Both the position numbers and the translations under genes were made by a program. A stretch of DNA of 64,000 nucleotides from Promethearchaeia archaeon (GTDB lineage Archaea; Asgardarchaeota; Lokiarchaeia; Sigyniarchaeales; SOKP01), in contig JAHQWK010000004.1 in the NCBI GenBank assembly GCA_029856145.1, positions 1 through 64,000 of the forward strand. The letters are read 5' to 3'. The first letter of the stretch is position 1. Every line of letters begins with the position of its first letter. This document shows, one piece after another, positions 10,859 through 21,141 of this stretch. Under the pieces are notes generated by a model. That model was not told the origin of the DNA. It saw only the letters and a program-made list of their open reading frames with translations, and searched no databases.

Positions 10859-11134
10859 AATGGTAAAAAACTGCTTTTTTTTTTAAGTAAGCAGTAATTC
10901 TAAGCTTTTAAGGGTGACAATAAATCAAAGTTATAATTTCAATTTAAATTTTTTCTTAGAAATAAGAGCATCTAGGATTTGATTTGTATTAATGGTCGGA
11001 TAAGATATACAAAAAAATAAAAAGAAATAAATAAAAGTAAGATATTAAATTAATAACATAAGTATTATTCTATAAAGTCTACAAATAAGTTTTCATAATT
11101 ATCATAAAATCGGTTAATCGAAAGGTATAAGATC

Positions 11135-11512
11135 ATGCCTGTAGGTATTCTTGTAATTCGTTGGGATAATGAGATTGGTCCAATTAATGAAGGTTTTTAT
11201 CCAGGTACTTTAAAGATCACGAATAATTTACTTACACAGGTGTATTCTTCACACAGGTACCAAAGTCTCAAACCTGGCTTCGCAAGCATCGCGCTAAAGA
11301 ATAATAAGGTTGTTTCCTTCTTCTCTGGAGTTGGACAAGACTTTATTTCAGTTGAAAATTATGTAGTCGCCCTTTTACTTCGACGAGATGAAAAACCGGC
11401 TAAATATCGGGAGATATTAAAGACAATTGCAGCTGAAATACTTGAAAAAATACCAGATGATACATTTAAAGAAGTTTTGCCTGGATTGTATGATCAATTA
11501 GCAAAGATCTAA
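11135..11512 (+). CDS. small longin/uDENN-like protein (NPRL2/C9orf72 N-terminal type)
   Basis: N-terminal ILVIRWDNEIGP resembles the uDENN/longin hhhxFDxxxGP start; 125 aa. Confidence 0.6.
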   Translation: MPVGILVIRWDNEIGPINEGFYPGTLKITNNLLTQVYSSHRYQSLKPGFASIALKNNKVVSFFSGVGQDFISVENYVVALLLRRDEKPAKYREILKTIAAEILEKIPDDTFKEVLPGLYDQLAKI

Positions 11513-11609
11513 AGCTATTTTCTTTTAATATTTAACTTATATCCAATAATTAAAGGGTCTTTAAGTTAAAAACTATAAAATTAGTACTTAAAAATAATAT
11601 TAAGAAGAT

Positions 11610-12614
11610 TTAAAATTTTTCCATACTTTTTACTACAATTTTCCCTCTATCATCTGTTTTGATAAGGCCAATATTTTCCAGTTGCTGAACATTCTTTTTT
11701 ACTGTAACAATAGGAATACCTAGCGCATTTTTAAGATCTTCTAATGAAATCCCTCCCACTTCTTCTATGATTAAAAAAGTTTTAAAAAGGGGTTCTTTTT
11801 CCATTATTGGTTTTAATTTATCATAATAATTTATTTTATCTATATTATCTTTTTGGAGAGTCTTGAGTTCATTAAGTTGTTTATTTACCTTTTCGACTTC
11901 TTCATTTGCGTCTCGATTTTTATCACTTAATTCTCCTACTTTAGCAATTAATTCATCATATTTTGATCTCATACTTTCAAATCGGGAAGCGAAATCTTTT
12001 GCTTCAGAAGTTTTTTCAGTGGAAATTAACTTACTGTCCATTAAAAAGGTATCAAGCTTATTTCTTTCTTCTTTTAATTCCGTTGTTTCTTTTCTATGTT
12101 TTTCTTCCAATTCTTGGATCATTTTAACTTGTTCTTCCTTAAATTTATCTGTAAATGCTTCTAATTCTTGTACTTTATTTTCCACGTTTTTCATTGCTTC
12201 ATTCTTCAAAATTAATTCAGAATTTTTTTCAGCTAACTCTGCTCTTAAATTCCCCAATGTTTCATATGCTTCTTCTAATTTGCTTTGAGAAGGAATTATT
12301 TGTTTTTTTACTAATTCTAATTCTTTTTGAGATTGAGCAACCTCGCCTTTAGCATATTCTAATTCAAGTTCTTTTTCATTAATAATTTGGCGTTGTGCTC
12401 CAATCAATTCTTTTAATTCAAGTATATCTTCAGGGATATCAGTCATTTTTGAAAGTTTTGTTTTTTGTTGTTCAATAATACCCTCTTGTTCACTGATAAT
12501 ACGTTTTTGTCGTTCTGCTAATGCAGTTAATTTATCGGCCTTTGCTTGTAAATTAGCCATCTCTTTTTCACTGGATTCAATACTATCCAATGTTTTTCTT
12601 AAATCTTTAGGCAT
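11610..12614 (-). CDS. long coiled-coil protein with C-terminal winged-helix domain
   Basis: ~270 aa of E/K/Q-rich heptads, then ISLEDLKNALGIPIVTVKKNVQQLENIGLI. Confidence 0.7.
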   Translation of the reverse strand: MPKDLRKTLDSIESSEKEMANLQAKADKLTALAERQKRIISEQEGIIEQQKTKLSKMTDIPEDILELKELIGAQRQIINEKELELEYAKGEVAQSQKELELVKKQIIPSQSKLEEAYETLGNLRAELAEKNSELILKNEAMKNVENKVQELEAFTDKFKEEQVKMIQELEEKHRKETTELKEERNKLDTFLMDSKLISTEKTSEAKDFASRFESMRSKYDELIAKVGELSDKNRDANEEVEKVNKQLNELKTLQKDNIDKINYYDKLKPIMEKEPLFKTFLIIEEVGGISLEDLKNALGIPIVTVKKNVQQLENIGLIKTDDRGKIVVKSMEKF

Positions 12615-12835
12615 AGTTAAATTACTCCAAAATTTAATTCAAAATAGATATTTTGTGATACTTTAATAGTTAAAATATTTATTAAATTTTTTAAATAAGA
12701 CTTGTAATTATTAAGAGAGATTAGTTTTAAATAATTTTCGAAATAAAAAGCTCATTTTAATACATAAATCTCTTTATTTTTAATGCCTATTATTATGGAA
12801 ATTAATATATATCGTTAAAGCTTTTAATTAATATT

Positions 12836-14038
12836 ATGGTATTGATAACTCCACTAAAACCATATATACCGGTTAATCCAGAAGAATTCTGCACTAATCC
12901 ATACGATATTATAAGTAAAGAGGAAGAGAATGAGTTAAAGAGAAATTCAAAATCATTAATACATCTTATTTTACCAGATGGAGAAGGTGATGAAATTTAT
13001 CAAAATGCTGCTAAGGCATATAATAATTTTAAAGAAAAAAGAATCATAGAGCAGGAAGAAAGTCCAAGTATATTTATATATCGACAGGAATCAGTAAATT
13101 TTAGTCATCAAGGATTAATAATGGGGGTTGCTCTTCAGGATTATGAAGATGGAAACATAGTAAAACATGAACATACTCGAGAAAAGCCACTTAAAGACCG
13201 TACCAATCATATTGTCTCATCAGACGTTGCAGCTGGTTTAGTTTGGACGGTTTTTCAAGCTAATAAAAAAATAAATACTTTAATTGAAATAATTAAAAAA
13301 AAAGAGTCAAAATTTAACTTCGAGAAATATGGATATCGTCATCTATTATGGCAAGAAACTGATCCTAAAGTAATCCAAAAATTAAAAGGATTATTTAAAA
13401 ATGAAAAGATTTACATTGCAGATGGACATCACAGAGCTGCTAGTGCTGCGGAATACCGTAAAATAAAACTGGAAAAATCAGGTGTGGATAAAAGTACAAA
13501 AGCTCCTTGGCAAAATCTACTATCCTACGTAGCATCAGACGATCAAATATGTATTCTACCATACAACCGTGTTATTAAAAAATTACCTTTAACGGAGAAT
13601 GATTTCTTAAAAAGGATTGAAAGCGATTTTGAAACACTTTCTATGAAGAATGCTTTTAATCCAGAAAAGAAAAATGAAATCGCAATTTGTATAAAAGGCT
13701 CATGGTATAAGCTATTAGTTAAAAATAAAAAATTTAAAACTAAACGAGATAGTCTAGATGTTGCCATTCTTCAAGATAAAATTTTGGAACCTATTCTAAA
13801 CATTAAAGACCCTCGTTCCGATGAGAATATCTTCTTTGTAGGAGGTATACAAGATCCCAAAGAAATGGAGAAATATGTTACAAATGAAGGAAATGATTTA
13901 TTTGTTAATTTATATCCAATAGATATCAGAGATTTGGAATCAATTGCAGATAAAGGTGGTGTAATGCCCCCAAAAAGCACTTGGTTCGATCCAAAAGTTC
14001 TCTCGGGATTAATTTTACACGATTTAGGAGAAAATTAA
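12836..14038 (+). CDS. DUF1015 family protein (ParB/Srx-like fold)
   Basis: PYDII, KHEHT, IADGHHR and MPPKSTWFDPK motifs. Confidence 0.9.
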   Translation: MVLITPLKPYIPVNPEEFCTNPYDIISKEEENELKRNSKSLIHLILPDGEGDEIYQNAAKAYNNFKEKRIIEQEESPSIFIYRQESVNFSHQGLIMGVALQDYEDGNIVKHEHTREKPLKDRTNHIVSSDVAAGLVWTVFQANKKINTLIEIIKKKESKFNFEKYGYRHLLWQETDPKVIQKLKGLFKNEKIYIADGHHRAASAAEYRKIKLEKSGVDKSTKAPWQNLLSYVASDDQICILPYNRVIKKLPLTENDFLKRIESDFETLSMKNAFNPEKKNEIAICIKGSWYKLLVKNKKFKTKRDSLDVAILQDKILEPILNIKDPRSDENIFFVGGIQDPKEMEKYVTNEGNDLFVNLYPIDIRDLESIADKGGVMPPKSTWFDPKVLSGLILHDLGEN

Positions 14039-14052
14039 AAAAAATTAATTGA

Positions 14053-14985
14053 TTATTTACTTTTTAGAAAATTTGTCATTTTTTCTGCAACCATAGTAGC
14101 CGCAGCTGTTTGGTTTTCAATACTCTGGGAAGCTATGTGTGGAGTAAGCACGAGATTCTCATCCCAGTTAATTATTTCTTGATCTTTTAACGGTTCTTCA
14201 CGATACACATCAAGAGCAGCACCAGCAATATCTTTGTTCTTCAATGCTTTCAATAAAGCTTTATCGTCAATTAAATTACCTCTTGCGGTATTTATCAGAA
14301 TTGCATCTTTTCTCATTAAGTTTATTCGCTCTTCGTTGATTATATTTTCAGTTTGGGGAGAAGAAGGAAGATGTAATGAAACAACTTGGGCGTCTTTTAA
14401 TAAATCTTCAACTGAAGGATAAATTGAGCATCCTATTTCTTTAGCCTCATCAATAGCAACTTGACCTTTACTAAATCTAGAATAGACTCCAACATCCATT
14501 CCTATAGCAATTGCAATTTTTGCTAAATGTTTTGCGATATTTCCAAAACCTAGTAACCCAAGTTTCTTTCCATTTAAAGTATATCCTAAGCATTTATTTT
14601 TATTCCATTGCGATTCGTGGGTTGTACGATCAGCATAGGAAATCTTTCTTGCGAGTGTTAGTATTAATCCCAATGCAAATTCTGCAACTGATACAGCGGG
14701 GGCTTCAGGAGTATTTAAAACCTCTATGTTTAATTCAGCAGCTTTTTTTCGATCTACATTGTCTAAACCAACTCCTGCTCTTCCAATAACTTTAAGATTT
14801 TTTGCGTTTTCTAATACATCGGCAGTCAATTTTGTTCTTGAACGAATTACAATCCCGTCATAATCTCCTATTTCCTGCTTTAGTTCTTCTTTAGAAATTG
14901 TAAACTTTTTAATAACTTCAAATCCATTATCTTCAAATATTTTGATACCCGCATCTTGAAGTTTATCACTAATTAATATTTTCAT
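14053..14985 (-). CDS. serA: D-3-phosphoglycerate dehydrogenase / D-2-hydroxyacid dehydrogenase
   Basis: IGRAGVGLDNVD, GFGNIA, INTARG, DVYREEP, TPHIA; adjacent class V aminotransferase. Confidence 0.8.
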   Translation of the reverse strand: MKILISDKLQDAGIKIFEDNGFEVIKKFTISKEELKQEIGDYDGIVIRSRTKLTADVLENAKNLKVIGRAGVGLDNVDRKKAAELNIEVLNTPEAPAVSVAEFALGLILTLARKISYADRTTHESQWNKNKCLGYTLNGKKLGLLGFGNIAKHLAKIAIAIGMDVGVYSRFSKGQVAIDEAKEIGCSIYPSVEDLLKDAQVVSLHLPSSPQTENIINEERINLMRKDAILINTARGNLIDDKALLKALKNKDIAGAALDVYREEPLKDQEIINWDENLVLTPHIASQSIENQTAAATMVAEKMTNFLKSK

Positions 14986-15160
14986 TTATATCACATGGAT
15001 TGGTTTTAATTAAATTGAATACGATTTTTAGTTTTTAAATCTTTAAAGAGTTTTTGTTATTTTATCTATTCCCATTTTCAATTTAAAGACAGTTTTAGTA
15101 AAATTACCAAAAAAATAAAATAGAATTAATTAAAGAATTAAATTATTATATTTTCTGTAT

Positions 15161-16276
15161 TTATTTCAGATCACTTATAATATCTGCTAATACTTTTAAC
15201 ATCTTTTCAAGGTCTTTGATTTGAATTTCACCCATATGACCAATCCGAAATGTTTTATTTACAAGTTGTCCATACCCATTCACAATTCGGTAACCTTTTT
15301 CTAGAAGTAAAGAAACCATTTTTGGAATATCAAGATCTAATGAATTCTTTATTGTAGAAACGGTATTTGACTCATATCCCTTCTCAGGGAACATCTCAAG
15401 ATTGAGATCTTCAGTCCACTTACGTGTGTGTTTTCCAAGTTGTTCATGTCTTTCAAATCTTTTCTCTAAACCTTCTACATTCAGTATGTATTCTAATTGT
15501 GCAGTTAAACCTCTTATTTGGGGTATAGGTGGAGTCGTTGGAGTCTGATATTTAGCGACATGTCTTTTTTTCAATCCAATGAAATCGAAATAAAGACCTC
15601 TATTTTTTACTTGTTCGGCTTTTTCAACTGCTGCATCAGAAATAGAACAGACAGCAAGTCCAGGTGGTAACGCAAAACATTTTTGAACAGAAGCTAAACA
15701 AACATCTATACCTAATTTGTCAACTTCTATTTTCACTCCTGCCATTGAAGAGGTGGCATCTATACATAATAACGCTCCTGAATCTTTAATTATTGGTGCT
15801 ACTTCATCAATTGGATTATAAACTCCGGTAGATGTTTCATTGGCTTGAATGAAAACAACCGCATATTTATCCTTGTTTAAAGCTTCTTGAGCGAATTCTG
15901 GGGTTATTGGATTGCCCCACTCAACTCCTTCTTTAACAGAATTCTTTCCATTGGTCACTCCTATCTCGTACCATCGATCTCCAAAAGCTCCAATTGAGAA
16001 GAATAACCCTTTTTCATCTTCCTTAACTAGATTTCTCACACAAGCTTCCATTATCCCTGTTGCACTTGATGTAAAAATTAAACATTCATTTTTAGTATAT
16101 AATAGCTTCTGAAGGCCTTCCGCAACCAATTGATGCATTTCTGAATAAGGTTTAGATCTATGAGTATCATTAGGTTTTGCCATTTCCTTGAGAACTCTTT
16201 CTGGAACATGAACGGGTCCGGGAGTGAATAACTTCAATTGTGAACCTTTCTCTTTATCAAAATGAATATCAGTCAT
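15161..16276 (-). CDS. class V PLP aminotransferase (serine-pyruvate/phosphoserine aminotransferase type)
   Basis: LFTPGPV, NETSTGV, DATSS, SVQKCFALPPG (PLP Lys), FRIGHMG. Confidence 0.9.
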   Translation of the reverse strand: MTDIHFDKEKGSQLKLFTPGPVHVPERVLKEMAKPNDTHRSKPYSEMHQLVAEGLQKLLYTKNECLIFTSSATGIMEACVRNLVKEDEKGLFFSIGAFGDRWYEIGVTNGKNSVKEGVEWGNPITPEFAQEALNKDKYAVVFIQANETSTGVYNPIDEVAPIIKDSGALLCIDATSSMAGVKIEVDKLGIDVCLASVQKCFALPPGLAVCSISDAAVEKAEQVKNRGLYFDFIGLKKRHVAKYQTPTTPPIPQIRGLTAQLEYILNVEGLEKRFERHEQLGKHTRKWTEDLNLEMFPEKGYESNTVSTIKNSLDLDIPKMVSLLLEKGYRIVNGYGQLVNKTFRIGHMGEIQIKDLEKMLKVLADIISDLK

Positions 16277-16367
16277 AATTGCTTCAATTTTTTGATTAAT
16301 TAAAATTTTTAGTTCTGATACTTTAAATTAAGTTGTAAGGGGTAATAAATTATTTATTATTTCTTAT

Positions 16368-17021
16368 TTATAATTTGGATAATACTAAGTTTCCATTTCT
16401 ATCTATGTATATTAAGTAATCAGAGATAATATATAAGAAGATTTTAAAATTCCTTATATGCACGATAGATAATCCAAATTCGCTTAAGTATAATGCAGCT
16501 CTACTTAATATATTAAATAAAAATGTGAGAGATAGTGCAACAATATTAAATACAAGATTATTCATTAAATTAGCGAATACTAACAAGGTTATTAGTATAG
16601 TGATGATACCAACAATAATAGTCATTAATCGGTGTTTTTTTGAATAGATATCAATTATAGACCCTTTTATAATACCTGCAAATCCAACAATTATCATTGG
16701 TAATGAAATTAAACCTATTAACACATGAGGAGTAACGTTAGGTTGTATTAATATAAACCATAAAAATAATATTGAAACTATAAGACTAACAATTCCAAAT
16801 AAGAATTTAATCGGATTTCTCTCCCTTGCATTCCTTTTATTAAAAAATTCAATAATCTTTAAAACGCCATAAACTGCTAAAGATACGAAAGGATAGACAA
16901 TTATAGATACAAGCACTTCCAAATGGAAAAAAACAGCAAACAAAACAAAAATAATGACTATTGTAACACTAATATAGTCATCAGCTTTAATTTTATTTTT
17001 GTTTATCAAATCCAGGCTCAT
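16368..17021 (-). CDS. DUF308/HdeD-like membrane protein
   Basis: 6 TM segments in two repeated hairpin units. Confidence 0.55.
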   Translation of the reverse strand: MSLDLINKNKIKADDYISVTIVIIFVLFAVFFHLEVLVSIIVYPFVSLAVYGVLKIIEFFNKRNARERNPIKFLFGIVSLIVSILFLWFILIQPNVTPHVLIGLISLPMIIVGFAGIIKGSIIDIYSKKHRLMTIIVGIITILITLLVFANLMNNLVFNIVALSLTFLFNILSRAALYLSEFGLSIVHIRNFKIFLYIISDYLIYIDRNGNLVLSKL

Positions 17022-17158
17022 AATTCAGAAATCACACAAATAAATTTATTTCTATAAGTTATATAATGGTTTCTTTTATTTTTAATTATCTCGAATATTT
17101 ATTTTGATAATTCAAAATATCGCGTTTGAATTATTTGATTTGAAAATTAAATTAAGTT

Positions 17159-18094
17159 TTACAAGAAAAGAATTATGTAATTACCGCCAATAATTAAGAT
17201 CACAGCAATTATAAATCTCTTACGAAATTTTTCTTTCAAAATCAATATTGAAAAAATTTGTTGAACCATTGGAGTATTTACTGCAAATGTAGATGTTAAA
17301 ACTAACCCATTAATTTCTCCGGCTTTAATATAGAGAGCATCAGCAAAACCTAAAGATAGAATTCCTGCTATTCCAATATATATAAAATACTTTAGGTTTA
17401 TCCTATTTTCTTTTTTAAATCCAGCATAATAATCACGTTTAAATATACCTAACATGGCAATCGCAATCATACCAAAAACTACTCTAAAAAAATTTGATAC
17501 AAATACGTCTCCAGTTAAAAATCTTGCTTGGTCAAGTGAAATATATGCTAGTGCCCAAAAAAAAGCGGTACTAATTGCTAATAATACACCTAAAATTAAA
17601 TCTTCTGAAATTCTTTCTTTTAGACTTCTCTTTTTACCAATTTTCTCAGATTTGTCTTTCGAACTCAATATAAAAACACTCGATAGTATTAGTCCACCCC
17701 CTACTAAAATTGAAACTGAGATCTCTTGACCCAAAAATATTACAGAAAAGAAAATTACAAAAATAAGTGAGAGTTGGACGAGAGGATAGGTACGTGAAGC
17801 ATCTATCTTAGTTAATGACATATAATAAAGTAGATCTCCTATAGTAACACTTAATCCGGATATGAGACAAGCTATTAAATAGGCAATTAATTCTGTATTC
17901 GTTAAATTACTTAGTAAAATATAATTTCCAAAAAATAAAGAGAACATAAAGGTCCCGAGACTTGTACAACACAATCTAAAAAATAAATTCGCTTTTGGTT
18001 GTGTTTTTTCCAAGCCTTTTTTATAGACGAGAGAGGCTAATGCCCATACGAATATTGTGAATATTGCGAAAATTAAACCTATTAACTCGACCAT
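17159..18094 (-). CDS. DMT/EamA family transporter
   Basis: 10 TM, duplicated EamA halves (IDASRTYPL; ILKEK). Confidence 0.88.
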   Translation of the reverse strand: MVELIGLIFAIFTIFVWALASLVYKKGLEKTQPKANLFFRLCCTSLGTFMFSLFFGNYILLSNLTNTELIAYLIACLISGLSVTIGDLLYYMSLTKIDASRTYPLVQLSLIFVIFFSVIFLGQEISVSILVGGGLILSSVFILSSKDKSEKIGKKRSLKERISEDLILGVLLAISTAFFWALAYISLDQARFLTGDVFVSNFFRVVFGMIAIAMLGIFKRDYYAGFKKENRINLKYFIYIGIAGILSLGFADALYIKAGEINGLVLTSTFAVNTPMVQQIFSILILKEKFRKRFIIAVILIIGGNYIILFL

Positions 18095-18142
18095 TTAAGA
18101 ATTTAAATATAAAATTACTTTAAAAGTGTTTTTAAAATAGGC

Positions 18143-19321
18143 TTAATTTTCAGATTTTAATCTCATTATGAAATCTTTCGGTGGTGCCTTACTAAAGAGA
18201 AACATATTTACAACCTTTTCTCTAAAAACACTATCTTTCTCAGCTATTTTACACATTTTTGAAAAATTTTGACCTTGGTTTTCAAAACAAAAATCAAGTA
18301 GAGATCGGGTTAATTTATAACTTCGTGCAATTTTCCTTATAGTTGGATGGAATTTATAATTTCTTAAAGATTGTTGAGATATATTCTCATTTTCCAATGC
18401 ATTAATTCCCGTTTCAGCAGCTGCTTTTCCAGATGCAATACTAGGACATATTCCTTCCCCACTGATTGGATTCACAAAACCAGCAGCGTCTCCAATCAAC
18501 ATCATGTTATCGCCATATAAACTTTTATCTAAAACTCCTAAACCTGGTATTGGACAAGCACCCATCCATATCTTCTTATAATTGTTTTCAGGTATAAAAT
18601 TCTTTATTTTTGAATCATTTAAGAATTCATTGAATATATGATTAAGATTATATTTCAAGTTATCTTCACCTATCGTACCGACACCTATATTAAATTTATT
18701 TTCTTCTAATGGAAATAGCCACCCATACCCTCTAAAGGATTTAAAGAAAAGAGAAATGGTTTCTTTATCAATATTGTTAACACCTTCCATAATCGCACTT
18801 TTTGCTACCATTATTTCTTCTCTCTTCCATTTTTTCTTTAAACCTGATTTTATAGCTAATTTTGAGCTCATTCCATCTGCAATAACAATAATTTTACCTT
18901 TATATTCTTGTATTCCTGATGGAGATTTTGTTTTTACTCCGATTCTCTGCTTATCTTTAATGATAAAATCATATGACATATTCTTATCAAACAACTCGGC
19001 CCCCGCATCAATGGCTATGTTTCTCAAAAGATTATCAAATTCTAATCGATCAACATTTATCGAATAATCAATTGCTTCTTTCCATCTATACCCAAATTTA
19101 TAAAAGTCAGCAGAATAGATATTAATTTTATTGATACGATGAAAATCAAACTTACGTAATTGAGGGTAATATTTAAAAATCCTTGAATTTACAGCACCAC
19201 CACAAGGTTTGCGCCAATTTACATCTTTTTCGATTAAAGCAACCTTAAAGCCATTTTTCGATAATATCTCAGCACATTTCGAACCTGCAGGTCCTGCTCC
19301 GGAGATTACAACATCATACAT
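18143..19321 (-). CDS. geranylgeranyl reductase family FAD oxidoreductase
   Basis: GAGPAGS, KPCGGA, GYGWLFP, GDAAGFVNPISGEGI. Confidence 0.9.
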   Translation of the reverse strand: MYDVVISGAGPAGSKCAEILSKNGFKVALIEKDVNWRKPCGGAVNSRIFKYYPQLRKFDFHRINKINIYSADFYKFGYRWKEAIDYSINVDRLEFDNLLRNIAIDAGAELFDKNMSYDFIIKDKQRIGVKTKSPSGIQEYKGKIIVIADGMSSKLAIKSGLKKKWKREEIMVAKSAIMEGVNNIDKETISLFFKSFRGYGWLFPLEENKFNIGVGTIGEDNLKYNLNHIFNEFLNDSKIKNFIPENNYKKIWMGACPIPGLGVLDKSLYGDNMMLIGDAAGFVNPISGEGICPSIASGKAAAETGINALENENISQQSLRNYKFHPTIRKIARSYKLTRSLLDFCFENQGQNFSKMCKIAEKDSVFREKVVNMFLFSKAPPKDFIMRLKSEN

Positions 19322-19452
19322 TTTAATTTATCAAACCTTAAAAATAGTACTCTAATTAATTTATTAATTCTTAAAAAAATTAATACATAATCAATTTAAG
19401 ATTAATAAAAAATTAAAAAAAATTATAAAAACAAGAGTTCTTTAATGAAATT

Positions 19453-20145
19453 ATGAGAAAAGAAGATTTAATAAAGCCAATCATCTCTAGATTCATGGGA
19501 AATTCTGAAAATATGACATTAAAAAATCAAAAAATTATACCTAACACTCTAAAAACGGGCACTACTACTGTAGGATTAATATGTAAAGATGCTGTGGTTT
19601 TTGGAACAGATAAAAGAGCTACAATGGCATATTTCATAGCAAGCAAAATATCCGAGAAATTATATGAAATTCAAGAACATCTTTGGATGACTACAGCGGG
19701 AGGTGTTGCTGATACTCAGTACTTAGTAGATATTTTAAAAGCTGAAACTACAATATATCAATTAGCACATGATGATAAACCTATGATGGTTAAATCTGCG
19801 GGAAAATTGTTATCAAATGTTTTATATCAAAATAAACTATTTCCTTTCCAAGTGGGACTCATGCTAGGTGGGGTTACCGAAGAAGAAGGTCCTTCGCTTT
19901 TGGATATTAGTGCTTATGGATCAATCTTACCGCAAAAATATTGTGCAGTAGGAAGTGGACAGAATTTTTCATACGGTGTTTTAGAAGCAAGATATAAAGA
20001 TAATTTAACTATTAATGAGGGCAAAGAAATTGTAAAAAAAGCTGTTACATCATCAATAATAAGAGATATGGCGAGTGGTAATGGAATTGATATTGCTGTA
20101 ATCTATAAAGATAAAACTGCTGACCGAGAATTTATACCAATATAA
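19453..20145 (+). CDS. psmB: proteasome subunit beta
   Basis: propeptide ending LKTG/TTTVGL, DKRAT, GSG, RDMASG. Confidence 0.95.
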   Translation: MRKEDLIKPIISRFMGNSENMTLKNQKIIPNTLKTGTTTVGLICKDAVVFGTDKRATMAYFIASKISEKLYEIQEHLWMTTAGGVADTQYLVDILKAETTIYQLAHDDKPMMVKSAGKLLSNVLYQNKLFPFQVGLMLGGVTEEEGPSLLDISAYGSILPQKYCAVGSGQNFSYGVLEARYKDNLTINEGKEIVKKAVTSSIIRDMASGNGIDIAVIYKDKTADREFIPI

Positions 20146-20384
20146 GATCCTCTTTTCTAGCACTATAAACCTAAGAACTTAATTTCTTCCTATTAAAGTT
20201 TTCTCTTTAACAATTTTCTTTTAAAAAAATTTAAAAGAAAATATTTAATAATAGTGATAGCATATTTTTATAAAAATAATTTATATGTTCTTAAGCTAGA
20301 AGGATTATCTCTTAAAAGATCTTGGAATAATCAGTCCAAACCGGTATTAATCAATAGAAAACAAAAATATAGCAGTGTATTAAA

Positions 20385-21116
20385 ATGCCTTATGAAATCA
20401 TAGTGGATTTATCTCACAAAGAAAAACTAGAAGAGTTTCCAGAGTTCAGTCTTGGTGAAGATGATTATGAAATTAGTTACATTGATAAAAATGAAGGTCC
20501 TATCGAATTTGATATGCTTGAAGACTTTGATATTTTATTCATTGGAAATATCCAAAATTCTGATGGTGGGAGAGTAGATAAATTTACGCAAGAAGAATTA
20601 AAGGTTATTAAGAAATTTATTGGAGAAGGTGGGGGATTACTTTTAACGAGTGGAGATGGGGGGGATAGAGATATATCGATGAAAAAAGGTTCTATTAGAG
20701 TTCTGTATAAACTAACTGGTGTTAGAAGATTCTGGAATGGAATTATTCAAGAAGCACCGTCTAATTTTTTAGTAAAGAAGAAAAATGTTTTAATTACAGA
20801 ATTATTTAACCACCCAATAACAGAAGGAATTACTGAAGTTGTCTTTCCTAACTGCACATTCTTTACAATTTCAGAAGAAGATGTTGATGATATAATAGTA
20901 ACTTCTGAAAAATCAGAATTTAAATATTTTGTTGATGATGATATAGATAAAATTGGGCCCGTCCCGATCTGTGTTGTTTCTGAATTTTATGAAGGTAGAT
21001 GTGTAACTGTAGGTTCCTCTGATTGGTTGGTCGAAGGCAACGATTATGGGCTTGATGCAGGAGATAATCTTAAGTTTCTATCAAATATTATAGAATGGTT
21101 ATCTTTTGAACGTTAG
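20385..21116 (+). CDS. GIFT/DUF4350-like domain protein (IFT52/GldG-related)
   Basis: VDLSHKE, KFTQEELKVIKKFIGEGGGLLL, GRCVTVGS..., NLKFLSNIIEWL. Confidence 0.65.
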   Translation: MPYEIIVDLSHKEKLEEFPEFSLGEDDYEISYIDKNEGPIEFDMLEDFDILFIGNIQNSDGGRVDKFTQEELKVIKKFIGEGGGLLLTSGDGGDRDISMKKGSIRVLYKLTGVRRFWNGIIQEAPSNFLVKKKNVLITELFNHPITEGITEVVFPNCTFFTISEEDVDDIIVTSEKSEFKYFVDDDIDKIGPVPICVVSEFYEGRCVTVGSSDWLVEGNDYGLDAGDNLKFLSNIIEWLSFER

Positions 21117-21141
21117 TTAATTAATTGATGCCTTATTCATT

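Noticed and set aside
20150-20305. Nested 7-bp inverted repeats (TTCTAGC/GCTAGAA, TAAGAAC/GTTCTTA) after psmB
   Set aside because: Short stems separated by ~110 nt of unstructured AT-rich sequence; compatible with chance.
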